A stretch of DNA of 63,610 nucleotides, the filler included, from Octopus bimaculoides (Eukaryota): assembly GCF_001194135.2 (NCBI RefSeq). It is 6 parts of 6 records of this genome, joined end to end, with 100 filler letters (N's around TTAATTAATTAA, not from the genome) between each part and the next. Parts side by side here need not be neighbours in the genome. Positions count along the whole stretch, not along the records: positions 48,312 to 54,472 come from NC_068998.1; positions 54,573 to 58,020 come from NW_026340574.1; positions 58,121 to 63,610 come from NC_068988.1; 3 more parts are not named here. One strand, 5' to 3'. The first letter of the stretch is position 1; each line of letters starts with the position of its first letter. The notes under the pieces are model-generated. The model had not been told where the DNA came from and made no database searches. It worked only from the letters and a program-made list of their open reading frames with translations. A program made the translations under genes and the position numbers. This document shows, in pieces, positions 53,690 to 63,610 of the stretch.

Positions 53690-54050
53690 GAATTTTATGG
53701 ATAGAGGCTTACAGCTGTTTCTGGGAAGATCCAGTACTTCCCTTCATCGGAGACAGAAAAAAACAAAGGAATCAATTATTATATCCATAGGCAGATATTT
53801 TTAGTATGAAGTGATATAGAGTGTGATGGGCTGAAAAAGAAAGAGAGAACAGTACTTGAAGTGTAGTTTCATTCCAGTAGTAAATATCCGTGTAAAGTAA
53901 TCCTTGTGGGGATAATCCGGAAATAGATGTTGAAGCAATGGTGAATATATGCCATATTGCATCCGATGGTTTTTGCTTGTTTACTTGAAGAATGTCCAAG
54001 TCAAGTGAGAAGTGAGCGTAGGGTAATTAGGTCAAGTCATGAAGACAGAA
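53690..54050 (-). mobile_element. Probable decayed Penelope-like element 3' end
   Basis: Weak GIY-YIG C-terminal-like text (DILQVNKQKP...ISGLSPQGL) followed by a hammerhead-like motif at 53708-53752. Confidence 0.45.
53708..53752 (-). ncRNA. Hammerhead-like motif (variant core CCGATGA)
   Basis: GGGAAG/CTTCCC stem II, GAAAC-AGCT-GTA palindromic stem III, 2-bp stem I. Confidence 0.5.
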
Positions 54051-54598
54051 TGGGAAAGGGGGTAGAGGAAAGATTGAGGTGGAGAATGGTAGCGGTATAT
54101 TTTTATGGTCGGTTGATCTTACAGGATAGAGGGGATGAGCGTATAGAGTGAAGGAGGAAAGGGGGGATGAGGTTAAAAGGTTTAGTGAGTAAGAAGGAAT
54201 GCACGTATGTAGTATATAGGTGGTGGGGGTATGAGTGGTAAAGCAAGGACAGAAATAAAGGGAGAGATGGGTGGGAAAGGTAGTTAGTAGTATCATATTC
54301 AAGAATGCAGCCAAACCTATTTACAGACGGTGGAATGGGATTGAAAGAAACGACGCAGTCTGTATGCGGTGGTGGTGTTATTGTGAATTAGAGTGTGGAG
54401 GAAATAGATTTGGGGATATATATATGTGGTGATATGATCGAAAGGAAATGAGCCTATTCAAAAGATGGTAAANNNNNNNNNNNNNNNNNNNNNNNNNNNN
54501 NNNNNNNNNNNNNNNNTTAATTAATTAANNNNNNNNNNNNNNNNNNNNNNNNNNNNNNNNNNNNNNNNNNNNTCGTAACCAATGCCATTATCATCTTC

Positions 54599-54629
<31 letters not shown>

Positions 54630-54846
54630 TCACCACCATTATCGCCATCATTAACCAGTAATCCTCACCGCTGTCACCACCAGGCCCACCACCACTGCCA
54701 CAGCCACTGTTGTCATTTCATCTTTGTTGGAGCTGTTTTAAGGGTGGTTGAACATTTTTCGATTGCTTGATTGATTCGAGGGAAATTTGCCTGGAGCACA
54801 AATGTCTTATTTATTACCCCCACACCCCTCCACCTCACTCCATTCC

Positions 54847-54881
<35 letters not shown>

Positions 54882-54915
54882 TTTTTAAAAAAATCTTACC
54901 CTGCTCTCTTCCCCC

Positions 54916-54947
<32 letters not shown>

Positions 54948-55412
54948 NNNNNNNNNNNNNNNNNNNNNNNNNNNNNNNNNNNNNNNNNNNNNNNNNNNNN
55001 NNNNNNNNNNNNNNNNNNNNNNNNNNNNNNNNNNNNNNNNNNNNNNNNNNNNNNNNNNNNNNNNNNNNNNNNNNNNNNNNNNNNNNNNNNNNNNNNNNNN
55101 NNNNNNNNNNNNNNNNNNNNNNNNNNNNNNNNNNNNNNNNNNNNNNNNNNNNNNNNNNNNNNNNNNNNNNNNNNNNNNNNNNNNNNNNNNNNNNNNNNNN
55201 NNNNNNNNNNNNNNNNNNNNNNNNNNNNNNNNNNNNNNNNNNNNNNNNNNNNNNNNNNNNNNNNNNNNNNNNNNNNNNNNNNNNNNNNNNNNNNNNNNNN
55301 NNNNNNNNNNNNNNNNNNNNNNNNNNNNNNNNNNNNNNNNNNNNNNNNNNNNNNNNNNNNNNNNNNNNNNNNNNNNNNNNNNNNNNNNNNNNNNNNNNNN
55401 NNNNNNNNNNNN

Positions 55413-55504
<92 letters not shown>

Positions 55505-55640
55505 CCATCATCGTCATCATCATCGTCATCATCATCATCATCGTCTTCACCATCATCATCATCATCATCATCGTCTTCACCATCATCATCATCATCATAA
55601 TCGTCATCATCATTATCATCATCATCGTCATCATCATCAC
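55413..55640. repeat. (CAT)n microsatellite
   Basis: Seen directly. Confidence 0.95.
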
Positions 55641-56393
55641 TGTTGTTGCCGTCAGCATCGGCTTAATTATCGCTCTGTTCCATATATATATATATAAGCC
55701 GGTGATACAGGCCAATGAGAGTTAGTCGCTCTATGGTTACTCACTCCATCACCAGCAACCGACCCCCACCATCACCACCTTGTATCACACCTAACATTCT
55801 TTCAAGACAAATAAAAAAAAAAAACAAAGACATACAAAGGACACATTGAATAATCCGTCCTAGAAACCCTAAACCCCGAATAATTGACAGGAAGGTCACC
55901 TCTGTGACACTTTCGATGACAGAGGTTAAACAGACGACAATAACACAGAAGAACAGATTGGGTAATGTAGTCTTAGGTATACTATGCCAGTCGGAATGAG
56001 TAGAACACACACACACAACAATTCTCTCTTTTTAAAAGTGTGTCCCTTATGTCCATGCCCACCGTCCCACCACTACCACCATCACCACCACCACCACCAC
56101 CACTCGTTCTCCCCTACACCTCGCCCCTGCTCCCATGTTGGCATCATGTAAGAAGCACGTGTAGTGGCACCATGTAATAAGTAGTTGCTACAGACACATG
56201 TGAAAGAGCACTCGTGCCGGCTGGCACAATATCGAACGCACCTGTGCCAGAGCCACACTGCTTCACGATTCACCCCCAGCCATGCCCACCACTGATGCCT
56301 TTCCTTCCATTCTCCCTCATGTACCTACCTATCTACACGCAACACGTTCCAGTGGAATCTCTTCTGTCGCCACCCCACACAATATATCCTCCT

Positions 56394-56625
56394 AATTTCT
56401 TTACTACCCACAAGGGGCTACACACAGAGGGAACAAACAAGGACAGACAAAGGCATTAAGTCCATTATATCGACCCCAGTGCGTAACTGGTACTTAATTT
56501 ATCGACCCCGAAAAGATGAAAAGCAAAGTCGACCTCGGCGGAATTTGAACTCAGAACGTAACGGCAGACGAAATACCGCTAAGCATTTCGCCCGGCGTGC
56601 TAACGTTTCTGCCAGCTCGCCACCT
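56394..56625 (-). mobile_element. Young Meta-like tRNA SINE
   Basis: Very close to 13921-14153 and 26381-26604. Confidence 0.9.
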
Positions 56626-56647
56626 TATATAGCCTCCTAATACTCCC

Positions 56648-56701
56648 CATGGCTCAGTGGTTAGAGCGTCGAGCTTGCGATCGTGAGGTTGTGAGTTCGA
56701 A
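56648..56701 (+). mobile_element. tRNA-derived SINE head truncated by a gap
   Basis: A-box TGGCTCAGTGGTTAGAGC and B-box GAGTTCGAA; no clean anticodon arm. Confidence 0.55.
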
Positions 56702-57739
56702 NNNNNNNNNNNNNNNNNNNNNNNNNNNNNNNNNNNNNNNNNNNNNNNNNNNNNNNNNNNNNNNNNNNNNNNNNNNNNNNNNNNNNNNNNNNNNNNNNNN
56801 NNNNNNNNNNNNNNNNNNNNNNNNNNNNNNNNNNNNNNNNNNNNNNNNNNNNNNNNNNNNNNNNNNNNNNNNNNNNNNNNNNNNNNNNNNNNNNNNNNNN
56901 NNNNNNNNNNNNNNNNNNNNNNNNNNNNNNNNNNNNNNNNNNNNNNNNNNNNNNNNNNNNNNNNNNNNNNNNNNNNNNNNNNNNNNNNNNNNNNNNNNNN
57001 NNNNNNNNNNNNNNNNNNNNNNNNNNNNNNNNNNNNNNNNNNNNNNNNNNNNNNNNNNNNNNNNNNNNNNNNNNNNNNNNNNNNNNNNNNNNNNNNNNNN
57101 NNNNNNNNNNNNNNNNNNNNNNNNNNNNNNNNNNNNNNNNNNNNNNNNNNNNNNNNNNNNNNNNNNNNNNNNNNNNNNNNNNNNNNNNNNNNNNNNNNNN
57201 NNNNNNNNNNNNNNNNNNNNNNNNNNNNNNNNNNNNNNNNNNNNNNNNNNNNNNNNNNNNNNNNNNNNNNNNNNNNNNNNNNNNNNNNNNNNNNNNNNNN
57301 NNNNNNNNNNNNNATATATATATATATATATATATAAACAAATAGTAAATGAGTATATGCATATATACGTACAGGTATGTGCATACCGACATCCACCTGT
57401 ATGTATAGGTGCATATCTGGGTACAGGACATTGCAAATAAAACGTAGACGAGAAAACACACAAGCCACATAGAGAACATTCTTCTTCATCAGCTACCCCC
57501 GTTTTAACACCGGCGTTTCGAAGAGCTATACACACACACACACACACATATACACACCTAAGGAAGGAATACAGGGGTACAAACACACACACAATCCACT
57601 CTCTAAGATAACGCCAAAGAAGCAACACAACTAAAACAATAATAGAATGTTATGTCAACATTAAACAGATGAATGTGTTAATTTATCTCAGCTCAATTTT
57701 AATGTTATGTTGCTTTCATCAGCTGTCAAGGACACTCTT

Positions 57740-57778
<39 letters not shown>

Positions 57779-58692
57779 AGAATAATACAACACGTGGTAT
57801 GGAGGAGAACAGCTTTTAATAGTGGATCACAGCATTTGTTTCTGTGCCACAGCATACCAGCTTTAAGCTTGTGACTTCATATTCATGTGCACACATGGCA
57901 CGCTGACTGGCTCCTGTGCCAGTGACACGTAAAAAACACCATTTGAGCATGGCCCATGTCAGTACCGCCAGACTGACCCTCGTGCCGGTGGCATGTAAAA
58001 GCACCCACTACACTCTCGGANNNNNNNNNNNNNNNNNNNNNNNNNNNNNNNNNNNNNNNNNNNNTTAATTAATTAANNNNNNNNNNNNNNNNNNNNNNNN
58101 NNNNNNNNNNNNNNNNNNNNATATATATATCAAATACAATGAGTAATACTTGAAATGACATTAGAGGAACAAGCCCAAAATAGAATAATGCGCAAAACCT
58201 CTTACAATACAAGCAGAAATTAACAGTTTATTGATTACTATTAGGACCCATGTTAATTTCAGGGAAGAAAAAGAATAAGTAGAACTTCCCTCTGAATCCA
58301 TAGTTTAGGCTAAATTAACTATTATAAGCAAATATCTATTTTTCAAGCGTGTAAATGATAAATAAATGGACTGACACGTATGCGTTAAGCGATGGCCCCT
58401 ATATTTGCCTCCCCTGTCCATCTCTCTCTATCACTCTGAATATCACCTTCTGCTATCCTAAACATATCTCTTTCTCTTCACCTCTCTCTTATGCTAACTT
58501 TTTAACTGCGTCCTAAGTATTCCTTCGCCGCCGCAAGTCGTTAACGCTTTTCTCTCCCTTTTTTTCTTTCACCGTCTTTTTTTTTTCTTTCTTCACCTCT
58601 ACCTTCAGCTTACCACTTGATGCATTTGACTTAAGTGTATTAATATTGATCACCTTTCTCTACTTTAACTTTTCTTTCTTCACTCTACTTTC

Positions 58693-58740
<48 letters not shown>

Positions 58741-59700
58741 NNNNNNNNNNNNNNNNNNNNNNNNNNNNNNNNNNNNNNNNNNNNNNNNNNNNNNNNNNNN
58801 NNNNNNNNNNNNNNNNNNNNNNNNNNNNNNNNNNNNNNNNNNNNNNNNNNNNNNNNNNNNNNNNNNNNNNNNNNNNNNNNNNNNNNNNNNNNNNNNNNNN
58901 NNNNNNNNNNNNNNNNNNNNNNNNNNNNNNNNNNNNNNNNNNNNNNNNNNNNNNNNNNNNNNNNNNNNNNNNNNNNNNNNNNNNNNNNNNNNNNNNNNNN
59001 NNNNNNNNNNNNNNNNNNNNNNNNNNNNNNNNNNNNNNNNNNNNNNNNNNNNNNNNNNNNNNNNNNNNNNNNNNNNNNNNNNNNNNNNNNNNNNNNNNNN
59101 NNNNNNNNNNNNNNNNNNNNNNNNNNNNNNNNNNNNNNNNNNNNNNNNNNNNNNNNNNNNNNNNNNNNNNNNNNNNNNNNNNNNNNNNNNNNNNNNNNNN
59201 NNNNNNNNNNNNNNNNNNNNNNNNNNNNNNNNNNNNNNNNNNNNNNNNNNCGATCTATATATATATATATAAATATATGTTTGTATGCATGTATGTATGT
59301 ATGTCTATATACATATATATATATACATATATATATATACATATATTTGACCGAAAATTTACCAGACACATGTAAATCTATATAATAGTCTCACCCGGTA
59401 TACTTTAGTTAGTTGTGGAGGTGGAGTAAGTGTGTACATGCGTTTTTGCATGTGAAAGAGAGAGGGGGGAGAGAGAAAGAGCGAGATAAAAAAGTAGAGA
59501 AAGGTGATTAATATTAATACACTTAGGTGTGAGTGAGTGTGTGGGGGTGCGTGTGTGTATGTGAATGTGTCTACTAAATTGCAGCACAATGTATATATTT
59601 AATGATGCATGTCGCCATTATTTAGTATTTAGAAGGGAAACCTAATGATATACAGATTAAACATGGGAAACCATGATACACCTTTGTTAATCTTGATAAT

Positions 59701-61177
59701 TTAATTCTTATTACATTTTTTTATTTCCTTCAGAGCCAAACTTGTCAGAGTTTTTTTGTCAAACTTACCACTAGCCAAAAGTGGAAATGAACGAAAATAT
59801 AAAATATAATCAGGATGCATGGACACACAATCAAAGTTATCTGGTTGCGGCATTGTTTCCGTACAAAACTTTTTCAATTCTTCTTCATTGAACTCGTGAT
59901 TTGGTCGAAGGGTAACGCATGCGCATACACGTTCTCCAACTGCCTCGTCAGGAATTGGTACAACAACCACAGCATCTACACTCGGATGGTGTCCGACGTA
60001 ATCTTCAATAAGTTTAATAGATAACTTTACTGTACACTTTTTAATAAAATCTGTGCTTCTTCCAACCATTATGAGATCACCCTCTTCAGTTAAATAACAA
60101 ATATCTGATGTTGGAAACCAACCATTTTCTAAACATGAAGTACCATCCAGATGTGTTTTTGTTACCCATTTACTTCGAAAATACAAATGCCCTGCCTTTC
60201 CAATATCTACAACTCTCTTCTCCTCGTCAACAATTTTGATTTCTGTTCCTTCAACTGGTCGCCCCAGCATTCCTTGCCGATGTTCTGAAATATTTTCTGG
60301 AGTAAAAATTCGATGAGATATGGTGAAAACTTCAGTACTTCCATAAACAACTAAGAAACTATCTGCAATTTTAAAAGCATGTTCTATTTTATCCCGGGTA
60401 ATTAAGTCTCCAAATGACATTATCATATTAACTCGGAATCCGCGATCGCTAACTCGTTTCAAATCCTGTGGTGCGATCCCAACTATGTTGCATTTTTCAC
60501 TCTGCCATATGTTTATGATAAAATCGAGATTCTTCGGATCATTCAACATTTCTACGTCTCCAACTATATATAATGATCCTCTGGTTATCACAAACAAAGG
60601 ATATCCTCCAATATATCCCATTGGACGACTACTAAATATAGTAAAATAAGAAGTCTCATTAAAATCAGAATCTGGCAAGTTTAAGTATTCAAAATGGCTG
60701 TGACAAATACATTTAGGCACACCTGTGCTTCCGGAAGTCTGATTGATTGATGCAATATCTTCTGGGTCAATGTAAGGAAATTCAACTGCGACATCGTCAC
60801 TTACTTCTGCCATCAATTTAGCAGCAGATAAAGCATTGGCTGGTCCATGTGTATTGGATACATCAATGGCAAATCTCAAATCGGGACACACTTCGCTAGA
60901 TACTTTTCCATTATCATTTATTTGTGCAATAGATAAGAAATTGTCCCAAGTAGATTTGGAACTAAATACAACAGCACTACATCCTTTTATAATAGATTTC
61001 ATATCTGCTAATCCAAACATTAGTCTCATAGAATATGCTCCCGTCATCATAATTCCAATATCGTAGCTCATCCATTCCACACAATTAGGAACACAAAATG
61101 CAACCTTGTCTCCTTTTTTAATGCCTAGTTTCATCAAAGCCTTTGCGAACTTCACCGCTTCATCGTACATCTCTTTC
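59701..61177 (-). CDS. ANL-superfamily adenylate-forming enzyme (acyl-CoA synthetase-like), large terminal exon; 5' exon(s) not found
   Basis: 489-aa ORF with QTSGSTGVPK P-loop, YGSTE, TSD, GRSTDFIK hinge and PLLASGKFDK catalytic-Lys motif; acceptor tttttctttgcag ends at 61178. Confidence 0.93.
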
Positions 61178-61599
61178 CTGCAAAGAAAAATTACATGCTG
61201 CTAAACAAATAGTTTCATAATGTAGTAGTTTTTTACATTTCTATATTATATTATATTTATCGTGTGATTAGCCCTGTTTGATATATATGGCCAAGATAGT
61301 AAATTCTGAATTCACCACCACCACAGTGCACTTCAGCCCTCCTTGCAATCAATTGAACATACGCACATGTGTGTAATTGTATATATGTATGTCTGTAGAT
61401 TTTATCTTATAATTGTTTCAGTCACTGGACTGCAACCATACTGAGGCATTACCTTGAAGTTGATCAAATCGGTATCAGTAATTTTTTTATTCAATCCGTC
61501 TATTTGCCGAGCCGCTAGCATACTAGGACGTAAATAAATCAAGACCGGTTGTCAAGAAATGGAAGTAACAAACACAAACGAAAATATACATACGCACGT

Positions 61600-61885
61600 A
61601 CACTCGAGAGGTATAATTACAAAACTCATATACATATCATATCCCAAAGGACACATGTGCATATCAAGCATACATGGTATGTATTTGAGTTTTATAATTA
61701 AACATCTCCATCAGTTTCTACTGGAGATCCTCAGATAATTTATTTAATTATTAATGCTGAAACTTCGAAGTACAGAAATAACTGGGGTTTTTTTAATATC
61801 TTTAAATTGATGCGCCCTCCTACATCCTACGTGCTATAAATAATAATGTAATTTTCGAGGTTTGGGGATTTGACATCCCCTTTCC
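61600..61885. repeat. MITE-like repeat, imperfectly duplicated at about 62140-62405
   Basis: About 210-bp direct similarity between 61671-61884 and 62197-62406; short inverted repeat at 61605-61710. Confidence 0.6.
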
Positions 61886-62642
61886 GTATGTAAGGAGACC
61901 ATTTAGTGGTTCTCCTCTTGGTGTGTAATTTATACACACGCATATATATATATAAATATTTTATGGTCTACGGGCATTTTTATGCATGCTGGCCACTGGT
62001 ATAAATTATTATTTTTAATAGTTTTTATCCTTGATATATTTATATTCAAATATCTTAATTCTTAAGTCAGATGATTCACAGCTGAATTTTTATTCACTGC
62101 TGCTTAATTCTGGCTTGGCGTGTTGGTTGATGATATTTGAATTGAATTCACGATGTATAAAGTTAACACTCGATTTACACGTGTGTCCTTTGGGCTACGG
62201 TATGTACTTGAGTTTTATAATTATACATCTCCAGCAGTTTCTACTGTAGATACACAGATAATTTATTTAATTATTAATGGTGAAACTTCAAGGTATAGAA
62301 ATAACTGGTCCTTTTTTTTTTTTTCAAACTGTCTTGACCGCCTACATTCAACGTGCTATAAATAAGAATGTAATTTTCGTGGTTTGGGGATTTGATATCT
62401 CCTTTCACACTTAATTTTATACTCAAATTGTTTCTTCATTGATATAGTTACGTACTGATTTCCCCAATTAAGTTCACGTTTTACCCTTGCTATATCCCCC
62501 AGTAAATTGAAATAAGATGTAATCTCATAAATTATGTATATTACCTTGGAATTGACTTTTTACCATTCCTTGCTATTTTTGATTTATTATTTTATTATTA
62601 TTTTATTTTACTTCCTCACATGTTTGATTCTTACCATTACGG

Positions 62643-62787
62643 ACTCTCTGATGGAGCTTTAGGGCTCAATTATTATCCAACTCCTGTCCAACCTTTGTTC
62701 AACTTTTGTACGATCTTTGTATAATATTGATATAATGTGTCAACTTTGGCAGGATGGATCCCCAAAAGGAGAAACAGCTGTAAGAGT
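62643..62787 (+). ncRNA. Hammerhead-like motif with extended stem II (variant core CTGATGG)
   Basis: Stem I ACTCT/AGAGT, GAAAC-AGCT-GTA, stem II CTTTAGGG/CCCCAAAAG plus ATCC..CCTG.CCAA/TTGG.CAGG..GGAT. Confidence 0.55.
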
Positions 62788-63310
62788 ATAGTATTATTCA
62801 CTCATTTATTCCTATTCATTTATTTATTTATTTACTTTTTTTTATTTACTTATTTACACATATGATTATAATTAATAAATAGATCCAATTAATGTTTGCA
62901 GGCTAATGTTTGTTGATTAATTATCTTCTCCGTTTTTTTCTTTGCCTTATAAATTCTGGATAAATTTCTGTTTACCCCCACTTATACCTATTATTCAATA
63001 GGTAAGCATTTGGATATAAATACATAGATATACATCCAGTAGTATATTGGATATTTATTATCCCTTAGATGGTTGTTTAACCTCTAACTCATATAGACGT
63101 ATATATATACATAAATGCATGTGTATTTTTTCAATGTGTACAAATAACACGGAAAAAATACGTAAATAGTTACCAGTGTAGCAAAATTCACATAAGTACC
63201 AAGGTTGCAACAGCCTATTTATAAAGGTAGAAATTCCAAGGTTTAGTGAAATGTTTTTGTATTACATAGATAAATAAAGAAATGGAATTAAATGCAAGTG
63301 TTATTCAAAT

Positions 63311-63410
63311 CTTTTTTACTTCCGACATATGTTTCGAAGAAAAGATTGGTATTATTCCAGAAGGAATAAAATTATGTAAACCAATGCGATCTTCTCATCA
63401 GGCAAAAAAG
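63311..63410 (-). ncRNA. Type I hammerhead ribozyme candidate with intact core
   Basis: CTGATGA (63401-63395), GAAGA/TCTTC stem II with further helices, GAAAC-ATAT-GTC (63335-63324). Confidence 0.7.
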
Positions 63411-63610
63411 AGAAACAAAACACATCAATAAGACATTTTAACCGAATGTGATAATTGCATATATGATGAAGTGAATGCTGGTAAGTTATTTTTTTAAAAC
63501 ACCGTTAATAGATTTAACGTCAAAAACAATTTATAGAAAAAAGAGGAAAAAGAAAGAAATTAGCAGAAAACTAAGATCTTCTTCGAAACATATGTCGGAA
63601 GTATAAAGAT

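Noticed and set aside
56648-56701. Possible tRNA gene
   Set aside because: Anticodon arm does not fold and the sequence is truncated by a gap; more likely a SINE head.
59701-61177. Bacterial contamination or recent horizontal transfer for the long uninterrupted ORF
   Set aside because: It has a canonical spliceosomal acceptor and sits among host SINEs and microsatellites; ancient transfer cannot be excluded without a phylogeny.
62635-62777. Apparent minus-strand exon (cag...ATG|gtaaga) upstream of the ANL exon
   Set aside because: Stops in all three frames and phase incompatible with the 61177 acceptor; better explained as the antisense of the hammerhead-like fold.
1-63610. CRISPR arrays, rRNA, operon-like systems
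   Set aside because: No repeat-spacer arrays or rRNA-like sequence seen; the window is eukaryotic.

Overview
Repeat-rich, gappy animal genomic DNA. The SINE families and microsatellite load suggest a coleoid cephalopod, probably Octopus (inference). Two protein-coding genes are supported, both on the minus strand. (1) MGAT1 (GlcNAc-transferase I): eight phase-compatible exons between 14498 and 31536; the first (transmembrane) exon and the canonical last exon are not visible and probably lie in assembly gaps. (2) An ANL-superfamily adenylate-forming enzyme with a 1.48-kb terminal exon at 59701-61177, 5'-incomplete. The rest is mostly transposon-derived: a decayed near-full-length RTE LINE, stacked R4/Dong-like LINE ends at (TAA)n arrays, Penelope-like remnants, several SINE families and Mariner/hAT MITEs. 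Main unexplained signals: hammerhead-ribozyme-like motifs with palindromic stem III (one with an intact core, sense to and upstream of the ANL exon), a perfect 72-bp inverted repeat bracketing two MGAT1 exons whose left copy looks like an alternative terminal exon, and long intronic fold-back hairpins.
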